A stretch of DNA of 62,864 nucleotides from Gammaproteobacteria bacterium (GTDB lineage: Bacteria > Pseudomonadota > Gammaproteobacteria > GCA-001735895). The DNA is taken from assembly GCA_050295575.1 (NCBI GenBank), contig JBNKPX010000005.1, positions 1-62,864 on the forward strand. The letters are read 5' to 3'. Below, piece after piece: positions 52,727-61,865 of this stretch (positions are counted from its first letter, which is position 1; every line of letters starts with the position of its first letter). The translations under genes were made by a program, and so were the position numbers. A model generated the notes under the pieces. The model did not search any database, was not told the origin of the DNA, and saw only the letters and a list, made by a program, of their open reading frames with translations.

Positions 52727-53833
52727 ATGTACGTAGCAGTAAAAGGTGGAGAAAAGGCGATACATGCAGCGCATAAGATTTTGCGAGAAAAACGTCGTGG
52801 TGATCACAGCGAGCAGCCATTAAGTATTGCACAAATCCAGCAGCAAATGCCCTATGCGGTTGATCGAGTGATGAGCGAAGGTTCTCTATACGATCCACAG
52901 CTGGCTGCATTGGCGATCAAACAGGCCGCGGGGGATTTAATAGAGGCGATCTTTTTATTACGTGCTTTTAGAACGACTTTGGAGCGCTTTTGCGACAGCC
53001 TGCCTCTGGATACCGGTAATATGCGTATCGAAAGACGTATATCGGCAGCCTTCAAGGATATACCAGGAGGGCAGGTGTTAGGGCCGACATTCGATTACAC
53101 CCACCGTCTGCTGGATTTTAGCCTGCTGGATGAAGAAGAAACCGAGTCCACTGTTGAACAGGATAGTGTAGTCATGCAGCAAGATCAGGCATTTGCTCAT
53201 GTTCTGGATACGATGAATGGTGAAGATATTATTGAGCAGCACGCGTCGGATAAGCTCTCCCCCAGTTTTGATATTACTCAGCAACCGATCGAATACCCGG
53301 CTGATCGTAGTACCCGCCTGCAGGCACTGGCCAGAGGCGATGAAGGTTTTCTGCTGGCACTGGGGTATTCGACCCAGCGCGGTTATGGCAGAACGCATCC
53401 TTTTGCCGGTGAAATCAGAATAGGACAGGTTGCTTTAAGTATACAGCCCGAAGAGCTGGGCTTTTCAATTGAAATCGGTGAAATCACCCTGACCGAGTGC
53501 GATATGATTAATCAGTTTAAGGGGTCAAAGAAGGTGCAGCCAAAGTTTACTCGTGGATATGGATTATCCTTCGGACATAATGAGCGCAAGGCGATGTCAA
53601 TGGCTCTGGTCGATCGCGCATTACGCGGCAGCGAACTGGATGAGGATTTTGGTAGTCCCGCGCAGGATCAGGAGTTTGTGCTGGCACATGCAGATAATGT
53701 AGAAGCGGTGGGTTTTGTGTCACATCTCAAATTACCGCATTACGTAGATTTTCAATCTGAACTGGAATTGATCCGCAAGATACGCAAGGCAGGTGATAAA
53801 GGTGAAGCGAGTGATGTGGAGTCTGCAGCATGA
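52727..53833 (+). CDS. phnI: C-P lyase core complex subunit PhnI
   Basis: MYVAVKGGEKAIHAAHKIL... is almost identical to the E. coli PhnI N-terminus. The ORF-track start at 52649 is an upstream extension. Confidence 0.92.
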   Translation: MYVAVKGGEKAIHAAHKILREKRRGDHSEQPLSIAQIQQQMPYAVDRVMSEGSLYDPQLAALAIKQAAGDLIEAIFLLRAFRTTLERFCDSLPLDTGNMRIERRISAAFKDIPGGQVLGPTFDYTHRLLDFSLLDEEETESTVEQDSVVMQQDQAFAHVLDTMNGEDIIEQHASDKLSPSFDITQQPIEYPADRSTRLQALARGDEGFLLALGYSTQRGYGRTHPFAGEIRIGQVALSIQPEELGFSIEIGEITLTECDMINQFKGSKKVQPKFTRGYGLSFGHNERKAMSMALVDRALRGSELDEDFGSPAQDQEFVLAHADNVEAVGFVSHLKLPHYVDFQSELELIRKIRKAGDKGEASDVESAA

Positions 53834-54669
53834 ATGAATACAACTTTGCCTATCTGGATGAGCATAGCAAACGCATGATTCGTCGTGCCCTGTTGAAGGC
53901 TGTGGCCATACCCGGTTATCAGGTGCCATTTGGTGGACGTGAAATGCCTATGCCCTATGGCTGGGGAACGGGCGGCATACAATTGACGGCCTCGGTGATC
54001 GGGCCTGATGATGTACTCAAGGTGATCGATCAGGGTGCGGACGATACCACCAACGCGGTCAGTATCCGTAATTTTTTCAAGCGCGTATGCGGAGTGAAAA
54101 CCACCGAAGCTACCGTGCAAGCTACAATAATTCAGACGCGTCATCGCATTCCTGAAACACCGTTGAACAATGATCAGATTATGATTTATCAGGTACCTAT
54201 CCCCGAGCCATTGCGTTTTATCGAACCGCGCGAAACCGAAACCCGAACCATGCATGCGCTGGAAGAATATGGTGTGATGCATTTAAAGCTGTATGAGGAT
54301 ATCGCGCGCTTTGGCCATATCTCCACCGCTTATGCCTACCCTGTACGTGTGAATGGTCGTTATATTATGGACCCTTCGCCTATCCCAAAATTTGATAACC
54401 CCAAAATGCATCGAAGTCCTGCACTGCAACTGTTTGGTGCCGGGCGTGAAAAACGTATCTACGCAGTACCGCCCTATACCGATGTGGTCAGCCTGGACTT
54501 TGAAGATTATCCCTTTGAAATTCAGCAATGGGATGATAACTGTGCCATCTGCGGTGCAGAGCATAGCTTTCTGGATGAAATTATTACCAACAACGAAGGC
54601 AATCGTATGTTTGTCTGTTCCGACTCCGATTACTGTCAACAACGGGTAGAGGGCAATACTCATGGCTGA
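53830..54669 (+). CDS. phnJ: Radical-SAM C-P lyase catalytic subunit PhnJ
   Basis: YNFAYLDEHSKRMIRRALLKAVAIPGYQVPFGGREMPMPYGWGTGGIQ plus the C-terminal Cys cluster CAICGAEHSF...VCSDSDYC. Confidence 0.95.
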   Translation: MNEYNFAYLDEHSKRMIRRALLKAVAIPGYQVPFGGREMPMPYGWGTGGIQLTASVIGPDDVLKVIDQGADDTTNAVSIRNFFKRVCGVKTTEATVQATIIQTRHRIPETPLNNDQIMIYQVPIPEPLRFIEPRETETRTMHALEEYGVMHLKLYEDIARFGHISTAYAYPVRVNGRYIMDPSPIPKFDNPKMHRSPALQLFGAGREKRIYAVPPYTDVVSLDFEDYPFEIQQWDDNCAICGAEHSFLDEIITNNEGNRMFVCSDSDYCQQRVEGNTHG

Positions 54670-55456
54670 TGCAGCATTATTACTGGATCAATTACCGCTG
54701 ATGCAGGTTGATCAATTAACGCGCCTATATGGTATTAATAAGGGCTGTCAGCAAATCGATATGGAGGTGTATCCAGGAGAGGTACTGGGGATAGTCGGTG
54801 AATCCGGTTCCGGAAAATCCACCCTGTTACGCTGTCTTTCCGGACTGGAAGAAATAGATCAGGGCCAGGTGATTTATCAGTCAGAAAAAGGACCAGTGTC
54901 GTTGCATGGCTTACGCGAAGCCGAACGTCGACAGTTACTGCGCTTTGACTGGGGTATTGTGCAGCAGAATCCACGCGATGGATTGCATCTGGATATCAGT
55001 GCCGGGGCCAATATTGGCGAACGGTTGATGGCACAGGGACAGCGCCATTACGGCAATATTCGCCAGCAGGCCCAGGAGTGGATGGAGCGCGTAGAGCTGG
55101 ATCGGGATCGTATCGATGATAAGCCAAAAACATTTTCTGGTGGTATGCAGCAGCGCCTGCAGATTGCACGAAACCTGGTGACGCGCCCACGCCTGTTATT
55201 TATGGATGAGCCTACCGGAGGACTGGATGTATCGGTGCAGGCCAGAGTACTGGACCTGATCAGAAAGCTGGTACATGAACTCAATGTCTCGGTGATTCTG
55301 GTGACCCACGATATGGGGGTTGCACGTCTGCTAGCTGATCGTCTGATTGTGATGCGACATAGCCGTATCGTAGAAAGTGGCCTCACCGATCAAATTCTGG
55401 AAGATCCCCAGCAACCCTACACCCAGTTGCTGGTGTCCTCAATTTTACAGGTATAG
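54662..55456 (+). CDS. phnK: C-P lyase ATP-binding subunit PhnK
   Basis: Walker A GESGSGKST, FSGGMQQRLQIAR, Walker B LLFMDEP. Overlaps the phnJ end. Confidence 0.9.
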   Translation: MADAALLLDQLPLMQVDQLTRLYGINKGCQQIDMEVYPGEVLGIVGESGSGKSTLLRCLSGLEEIDQGQVIYQSEKGPVSLHGLREAERRQLLRFDWGIVQQNPRDGLHLDISAGANIGERLMAQGQRHYGNIRQQAQEWMERVELDRDRIDDKPKTFSGGMQQRLQIARNLVTRPRLLFMDEPTGGLDVSVQARVLDLIRKLVHELNVSVILVTHDMGVARLLADRLIVMRHSRIVESGLTDQILEDPQQPYTQLLVSSILQV

Positions 55457-55460
55457 AGAC

Positions 55461-56162
55461 ATGTTGCAGGCCGTATTAGAGATACAGAATTTAACTAAAT
55501 CATTCACCATGCATAATCAGGGTGAAGTCGGCTTTCAGGTATTTAGTGATCTAAACCTAAAGGTTCATCAGGGGGAGTGTGTGGTACTACATGGTGAGTC
55601 AGGTATGGGTAAGAGCACACTGTTGCGTTGCCTGAATGCCAATTACCTGAGCGACTCAGGTGCGATCATCTTTTCAGATCATGACCAACAATACGATTTG
55701 AACCAGCTAAGTGACCGGCAGTTGATTCGCCTACGGCGAGAAAAGATTGCCTATGTCAGTCAGTTTCTACGAGTGATTCCGCGTATACCGACGCTGGAGA
55801 TTGTCATGCAGCCTATGCTGGAATTGTCCATGGACAGAATACAGGCGCAAGGCAGAGCAAAAGAACTGTTACAGCGTCTGAATATTCCTGAAAGATTATG
55901 GGGGCTGTCACCCAGCACATTCTCCGGTGGTGAACAGCAGCGCGTTAATATTGCACGCGAGTTTACGGTTATCCGCCCCTTGATGTTACTGGATGAACCG
56001 ACTGCCTCACTAGACCAGCAGAATAGAAATACCGTGATTGAATTGATCCTAGAAGCCAAGGCGAAAGATGCAGCTATCGTGGGTATTTTTCATGATGCAG
56101 AAAGTCGTGCTCGTGTAGCTGACCGATTATTTGATTTAAAAAAAGGTGTTTTCCATGAGTGA
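55461..56162 (+). CDS. phnL: C-P lyase ATP-binding subunit PhnL
   Basis: Walker A GESGMGKST, FSGGEQQRVNIAR, Walker B LLDEP. The ATG at 55461 follows the phnK stop. Confidence 0.9.
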   Translation: MLQAVLEIQNLTKSFTMHNQGEVGFQVFSDLNLKVHQGECVVLHGESGMGKSTLLRCLNANYLSDSGAIIFSDHDQQYDLNQLSDRQLIRLRREKIAYVSQFLRVIPRIPTLEIVMQPMLELSMDRIQAQGRAKELLQRLNIPERLWGLSPSTFSGGEQQRVNIAREFTVIRPLMLLDEPTASLDQQNRNTVIELILEAKAKDAAIVGIFHDAESRARVADRLFDLKKGVFHE

Positions 56163-57297
56163 ACAGATAATCAGCAATGCTCATATTGTATTAAGCGATG
56201 AAGTGATTCATGGAAGCATTGTCATTGAGCATGGCAATATCAAATCGATTGAGCAGGGCAGTAGCTCACTACCCTCAGCTATCGACTGGGATGGTGATTA
56301 TCTGATGCCGGGCCTGATCGAGCTGCATACCGATAATATGGAGAAATATTTTTCTCCCCGACCTGGTGTGATTTGGCCAAAGGTCTCAGCTATCATGACA
56401 CATGATAGCCAGATGGTTTCATCGGGTGTGACCACGGTATTTGACGCCGTTGCGGTAGGCTATGATATCTACAAAAGTAGTCGTAAGGAGGTGCTTCAGG
56501 ACATCATCGAATCTATTGCCTATATCAGTGATCATAAACTCGCGCGTGCAGATCATTTTATACACCTGCGCTGCGAACTGAGTTGTGAAGAAACCTCAAA
56601 AGAATTTGATCAATACGTCAATGACCCCAGATTGAAGCTGGTGTCGCTGATGGATCATGCACCTGGGCAAAGACAGTTCGCCAAACTGGAAAAATACGTT
56701 GAGTATTATCAGAAAAAATATGCATTCTCTGATGAAGAGATTCAGGCCTCAATAGAACAGCATCTGCAATCTTCAGAAACCTGGTCGGCAGCGCATAGAC
56801 ACTATATTGCAGAAACCTGCCTGGAGCGCAGTATTCCCATGGCCAGTCACGATGATGCCACTCAGGCTCATGTGGAAGAGGCATTGAGTTATGAAGTTAG
56901 CATCGCCGAATTCCCAACCACACTGGAAGCAGCCAGCCTGTCGCATCAAAGTAATTTAAAGGTTTTGATGGGGGCACCCAATTTAATGCGTGGATACTCA
57001 CATTCCGGAAATGTAGCCGCACGTGAGCTGGCCGAGGGTGGCTGCCTGGATATACTGTCATCGGATTACTATCCCAGTAGTCTATTGCACAGTGCGTTTC
57101 TGCTATCAGAACTGGAAATGGGCTACTCATTACCGCAGGCGATAAAATGTGTCACACAAAATCCAGCCGATGCGGTAGATCTACATGACAGGGGGAGTAT
57201 TCAGGCTGGTTATCTGGCAGACATATTACGAGTAGACAAGCATAAAGATATGCCGCTATTAAAAGAGACCTGGAAATCAGGTAAAAGAGTCAGCTAA
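56155..57297 (+). CDS. phnM: Alpha-D-ribose 1-methylphosphonate 5-triphosphate diphosphatase PhnM (amidohydrolase fold)
   Basis: GLIELHTDNME (metal-binding HxD-type motif), SLMDHAPGQRQF, ASHDD. The ATG at 56155 overlaps the phnL stop; 56146 is an alternative. Confidence 0.9.
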   Translation: MSEQIISNAHIVLSDEVIHGSIVIEHGNIKSIEQGSSSLPSAIDWDGDYLMPGLIELHTDNMEKYFSPRPGVIWPKVSAIMTHDSQMVSSGVTTVFDAVAVGYDIYKSSRKEVLQDIIESIAYISDHKLARADHFIHLRCELSCEETSKEFDQYVNDPRLKLVSLMDHAPGQRQFAKLEKYVEYYQKKYAFSDEEIQASIEQHLQSSETWSAAHRHYIAETCLERSIPMASHDDATQAHVEEALSYEVSIAEFPTTLEAASLSHQSNLKVLMGAPNLMRGYSHSGNVAARELAEGGCLDILSSDYYPSSLLHSAFLLSELEMGYSLPQAIKCVTQNPADAVDLHDRGSIQAGYLADILRVDKHKDMPLLKETWKSGKRVS

Positions 57298-58013
57298 TGT
57301 CTGAACGCTACGCAATCTATTTCACTCTGGCACAAAATGACCCTCTGTATCAGTTAGTGGCGCAGTGGTTTGACTACGATTTTTATCTGGGTGATAAACC
57401 AGCAATAAAAATGGATTATGATGCATTGTTGAAACCCTTGCTACCCTATAGTGACTATAATGCGCAGGCGGCCGTATATGGCTTCCATGCTACCTTAAAG
57501 CCACCCTTTCGATTGAAGCCAGGTATATCGCATAAACAGCTGGTCAAGATACTAAAACATTTTTCAAAACTACAACGCCCCTTCACCTGCTCACCGCTAC
57601 AGGTAGAGCAAATAGGTGATTTTCTGGCGCTGGTACCTCAGCAGCCCTGTACCCAGCTGGACGATCTGGCAAAAGACTGTGTGCAAACCTTTGATGTTTT
57701 TCGCGATGAATTAGCTGTAGAAGAAATTCAGAGGCGCAACCCGACGGCTCTGAGCGAAGAGCAACGCTTAATGCTTAAGTTGTGGGGCTATCCGTATGTG
57801 CTGGATGAGTTTCGCTTTCACATGACGCTTACGGACAAACTAACACAGCAACAGATAGACAAGTGCAGGCCACTATTGGAAAGCTATCTGCAGCCCTATA
57901 CCTCCCGTGTACTCACTATTGATCAAATAAGTCTGTGCTATCAGGCTACTGAGCATTCACCCTTCGTTGTGCTGGAAACCTATTCATTAAAGCAGAAGAA
58001 AGAGAAAGGTTAA
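57297..58013 (+). CDS. DUF1045 / 2H-phosphoesterase-type phosphonate metabolism protein (occupies the PhnP position)
   Basis: Two H-x-T-x motifs (FHATLKPPF and FHMTLTDK) typical of 2H cyclic phosphodiesterases. Its ATG overlaps the phnM TAA by 1 nt. Confidence 0.8.
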   Translation: MSERYAIYFTLAQNDPLYQLVAQWFDYDFYLGDKPAIKMDYDALLKPLLPYSDYNAQAAVYGFHATLKPPFRLKPGISHKQLVKILKHFSKLQRPFTCSPLQVEQIGDFLALVPQQPCTQLDDLAKDCVQTFDVFRDELAVEEIQRRNPTALSEEQRLMLKLWGYPYVLDEFRFHMTLTDKLTQQQIDKCRPLLESYLQPYTSRVLTIDQISLCYQATEHSPFVVLETYSLKQKKEKG

Positions 58014-58087
58014 GCTGTGGTTTTTCTAAGAGGTTAAAGTCTTAGCTAATTGCCCCTTAGTTTTGGTATTTCAAAAAATAAAACATT

Positions 58088-58120
58088 TTAACCACGGAGA
58101 GCACGGAAGTCACAGAGAGG
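58088..58120. repeat. Solo ACCACRGAG-type REP unit
   Basis: TTAACCACGGAGAGCACGGAAGTCACAGAGAGG is related to the units in 37711-38297 and 60744-60773. Confidence 0.6.
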
Positions 58121-58537
58121 AAAGCTTAACCAGATTAACCCCTGTTTTTTTTGGAACAAAGGATTGTAACCTCACCGAAAATAGCTGGTCAGTCGATCTT
58201 TTAGTTGGAGACGAGTTGTTCGTTATCCTCACAGATGAGTGAATAAATCGATCTAAGAGGCTGAATTCATCGTAAAGAACAGCAAAAAAAAGAGGTAAAA
58301 AGGGGACGAACGGTTAATTTATTTCTCTGGTTGAGGGAAAAAACTGGTTATTTTTAGCGGAAAGAGGGGCTGGTCAGGTCAATAAAACAAATATTTTTCG
58401 CTTAAAAGCCTTTATTTACCCCATTTTGGCCAGAATATGCCTACTATTTTTTTATTTTCCAGATTTACTTGAATATAAAGGTTATACTGCACTGGCAGAT
58501 AACTGCAAACAATCAATATTAATTTAAAGAGTATAGT

Positions 58538-58744
58538 ATGAGTAAAGGCACAGTAAAATGGTTTAACGCGGATAAAGGTTTTGGTTTCATTACACCGGAA
58601 GACGGTGGTAAAGACCTATTCGTTCACCATTCTGAAATCAAAAGCGGAAGCAACTACGCGACCCTTAATGATGGACAGGCAGTAGAATTTGAAGTGGGCC
58701 AGGGCCAGAAAGGACCTTGCGCTAACAATGTTGTCCCTGCGTAA
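58538..58744 (+). CDS. Cold-shock protein, CspA family
   Basis: [17 protein letters not shown] (RNP1) and DLFVHHS (RNP2). Preceded by a long AT-rich untranslated region (~58140-58537), as is usual for csp genes. Confidence 0.95.
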   Translation: MSKGTVKWFNADKGFGFITPEDGGKDLFVHHSEIKSGSNYATLNDGQAVEFEVGQGQKGPCANNVVPA

Positions 58745-58884
58745 TTAAAGTAAAGCAGTAACATTTTAAAGGCAAGTCTGTTGAGCTGTAATGCAGCTCA
58801 CAGCTTGTCACGTAATTATCTTATACCCCCTCCCTGGTTTACCTCTTAATACTTAGTATCATCGTTACCACATTCTAGATAGCT

Positions 58885-59358
58885 TTAAAGCAATAAGTTC
58901 ATATCGATAGCGTGATATTCGTTTACAGAATTTATTAATGAGTTAGCAGTTAGTGAAGGTACACCGTATGCTTCAGCTGTGACCCCATAATCTTTTCTAA
59001 CCTTGTCCATAAGCAGGTCAAAATCACCATCGCCCGATAGCAGTATAATACAGTCAACCTGACTGGCCGCCTGCATGATATCAATCGTAATGCCGACATC
59101 CCAGTCACCTTTAGCACTGCCATCACTACGCTGTATATAGGGCTTAAGCTTTATTTCGAAACCGATATTCTTCAAAGCCGATTGAAATTTATGCTGTTTA
59201 TCATTTTCTCGTGCAATGGCATAAGCATAGGCTTGCACTATCTCACCCTGTTGACTGACGCGATCCCATAATGCGCGATAGTTAAACTGGCGACCATAGG
59301 CCTGACGAGTGGTGTAGTAGATGTTCTGTACATCGGCAAACAGGGCGATTTTTTTCAC
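58885..59358 (-). CDS. NYN (LabA-like, PIN-related) domain protein
   Basis: IALFADVQNIYY ... KGDWDVGITIDIM ... ILLSGDGDF are LabA/NYN acidic-residue blocks. Confidence 0.8.
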   Translation of the reverse strand: MKKIALFADVQNIYYTTRQAYGRQFNYRALWDRVSQQGEIVQAYAYAIARENDKQHKFQSALKNIGFEIKLKPYIQRSDGSAKGDWDVGITIDIMQAASQVDCIILLSGDGDFDLLMDKVRKDYGVTAEAYGVPSLTANSLINSVNEYHAIDMNLLL

Positions 59359-59491
59359 AGGTATTAGACAATCATTTGAATCAAGGCATATTGTAAATTA
59401 TGCTGGCTTACATTGTTGATTTATTGTCTTTACGCAGCAACAATATCCGCCTTTCAGATTTATTAATCGTTTCAGAATTCAGAGATTTAAC

Positions 59492-60436
59492 ATGGCTTCA
59501 GGCTCCAGAAAAGTTATCTTTGCCGCACTGGCAGGTAATACACTTATTTCCATAACAAAATTTGCCGCAGCGGCGTTTACCGGAAGTTCGGCGATGTTAT
59601 CAGAAGGCATACATTCACTGGTCGATACCGGTAATCAGTTTTTACTGCTCCATGGCATGAAGCAGGCGGCCAAGCCAGCGGATGAGAATTTTCCTTTTGG
59701 GCATGGTAAAGAGATCTATTTCTGGAGCTTCATTGTGGCCATACTCATTTTTGCTCTGGGTGGAGGGATTTCCATCTATGAAGGCATTAAGCATTTATCA
59801 CATCCAGAACCAATCAGTAACCCTCTGGTTAATTACATCATTCTCGGGCTGGCTTTATTGTTTGAAGGCGCGGCATGGTTTTTTGCATTCAAAGAATTCA
59901 CTAAGGTTAAAGGTAAATGGGGATATATAGAAGCGATACAGCGGGCCAAGGATCCATCTATCTTTGTGGTACTGTTTGAAGATTCTGCCGCTATGTTAGG
60001 TCTACTGGTGGCCTTTATCGGGGTGGCTTTGAGTCAATATACCGGGATTCTCATTTTTGATTCTATAGCATCAATCATTATTGGCTTTATCCTGGTAGGC
60101 ACCTCGGTATGGTTAGCTTATGAGACTAAAAGTCTGTTGATTGGTGAAAGTGCCAGCCAGGCAACCATCAAGGGTGTGCGCGAGATTTTACAGGCGGAAA
60201 CCTCTATTCAGCATGTGAATGAGGTGTTAACCATGCATATGGGGCCAGATTTTATTCTGGCCAATATCAGTGTCGATTTTGCAGATAATAAAACAGCCGA
60301 TCAAATTGAAGATGTGATCGCCAGAATCGATACAACTATCAAACAGGGCTTTCCACAGATCAAACGTGTTTTTATCGAAGCCGAAAAGAGAAAAATTCAG
60401 AAAGCAGAAGGAGAGAATCTTGAAAGCAACAGCTGA
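59492..60436 (+). CDS. Cation diffusion facilitator (CDF) family transporter
   Basis: TM-rich N-terminus with SAMLSEGIHSLVDTGNQ (HxxxD metal site) and a C-terminal cytoplasmic domain. Confidence 0.88.
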   Translation: MASGSRKVIFAALAGNTLISITKFAAAAFTGSSAMLSEGIHSLVDTGNQFLLLHGMKQAAKPADENFPFGHGKEIYFWSFIVAILIFALGGGISIYEGIKHLSHPEPISNPLVNYIILGLALLFEGAAWFFAFKEFTKVKGKWGYIEAIQRAKDPSIFVVLFEDSAAMLGLLVAFIGVALSQYTGILIFDSIASIIIGFILVGTSVWLAYETKSLLIGESASQATIKGVREILQAETSIQHVNEVLTMHMGPDFILANISVDFADNKTADQIEDVIARIDTTIKQGFPQIKRVFIEAEKRKIQKAEGENLESNS

Positions 60437-60698
60437 ATTACAGGTTATACCCATAGGCGCAGGTGTTACTGTGCGTGAAGAAGTAAAACAGATAGTTGAA
60501 TTGCTAAATAGTTATGATTTTATTCTACAAACCCATGCCTCCGGTACTAATATCGAAGGCGAGCTGTCGGAGATATTAAGGGCGGTAGAATCTGTGCACG
60601 AAACCCTGCATCAGCAGGGGAGTGTGCGACTGGTTAGTTATCTTAAGCTGGAAACACGTACTGATAAAGTTCCGACGTTGGCTGGGAAACAGCTGTGA
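60420..60698 (+). CDS. MTH1187/YkoF-like (DUF77) small protein
   Basis: KATAELQVIPIGAGVTVREEVKQIVELL...THASGTNIEGE matches the DUF77 pattern. Likely TTG start at 60420 with GAAGGAGAG upstream, overlapping the last 17 nt of the CDF gene. The ORF-track start at 60366 is an in-frame upstream extension. Confidence 0.65.
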   Translation: MKATAELQVIPIGAGVTVREEVKQIVELLNSYDFILQTHASGTNIEGELSEILRAVESVHETLHQQGSVRLVSYLKLETRTDKVPTLAGKQL

Positions 60699-60743
60699 TA
60701 TCTGACTAAGCGAAAACTGCTATATCGGTATTTATAACCTTTT

Positions 60744-60773
60744 TACCACAGAGTACACAGAGAGCACGGAGGT
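60744..60773. repeat. Solo ACCACRGAG-type REP unit
   Basis: TTACCACAGAGTACACAGAGAGCACGGAGG. Confidence 0.55.
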
Positions 60774-60863
60774 TGATTTGTATGTCTTTTAATTCTAGCC
60801 CTCTGAAATTTCAGAAAGGATTGTTCCATCCAGATATGTCGATAACCAGGGTAAGTCCATTGT

Positions 60864-61613
60864 TCAGTAGTGAGTTATTCTCTGGTCAAGTAAATCCATA
60901 AGCTTAAACATCTGTAGCGAGTCTAGTGCACTCGATTCAGTCAAAGAACTGCACAGGTTCGCACCCGCTATGGGCGTGGATGATTGCTGTATGAATGCTT
61001 CCAGTGCATCACCTTGCCCCTTCTGAATATCTTCTAATACTAATGGGCTAAGCATCCCTGCGCCTTCCATCACAGGGAGTTGGCAGATGTTATGCAATGC
61101 TGTCAAAAGTTTTGGGCCGATAAACTGTGGTGCAATGTCCCCCTTATTTTGATGCAATAACTTTTCAGCAGTTTGCAGATAAAACTCCAGAAAAGGGTTG
61201 TGCTGTCGAAACATCAGGAATGCATTGTGTACCTTTTTATAGGTTTTCAGCTGTCCTCGTTTATCCTGCTGAACCCAAACCTCTCGTCCCACGGCATAAC
61301 TACTATCAGGTAAAATGAATTGCTCAGGATTGAAGATATAAAAATCCGCATCTATCCACACAACGGTCTGGTACCCATCAGACAAGCCCTTTCGGATCGC
61401 ATATAAACGTGCTAGATCACTGGTGATAACTTTTTGTGCTGCGGTTTTGTACAGCAAAGCCTGAGGAACCGGTTCGAATATTTCATCAGTGATGAAGCGA
61501 TATTCAAATTCCATCTGTTCAGCCCATGCTGCCACGGAGTCAAGACAGCGCTGTAACCATAGGTAGGGCAGGGGGCTGCGATGAGACTGGATGACTAATG
61601 TGTTTTGTTGCAT
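60864..61613 (-). CDS. Putative glycosyltransferase with DXD motif (capsule-synthesis/OCH1-like sugar-binding region)
   Basis: SDLARLYAIRKG...VVWIDADFYIF resembles the DXD sugar-binding region family. The ATG at 61613 (MQQNTLVIQSH...) is preferred over 61652. Confidence 0.45.
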   Translation of the reverse strand: MQQNTLVIQSHRSPLPYLWLQRCLDSVAAWAEQMEFEYRFITDEIFEPVPQALLYKTAAQKVITSDLARLYAIRKGLSDGYQTVVWIDADFYIFNPEQFILPDSSYAVGREVWVQQDKRGQLKTYKKVHNAFLMFRQHNPFLEFYLQTAEKLLHQNKGDIAPQFIGPKLLTALHNICQLPVMEGAGMLSPLVLEDIQKGQGDALEAFIQQSSTPIAGANLCSSLTESSALDSLQMFKLMDLLDQRITHY

Positions 61614-61865
61614 GGCTGCATTATAATTGGGCAAAAAAAGAAAAGGGGCCATTTTTCTTTACAAATCAAAAAGTTCAGGAGTAAACTCTACAACGCATTT
61701 TTTCCATCGGAAGGGTTGAGATTCTATGATCAGGGACCTGCGAATAGAGCGATGGGTTTGTAAACATCAAACACTACTGAACCATCTCGTTTTATTCAGA
61801 GGTTCTGTCAAAATATCTGCAAACCTCTTACTGTTTAACATTAATAGTTATGGAGAGATAGCATA

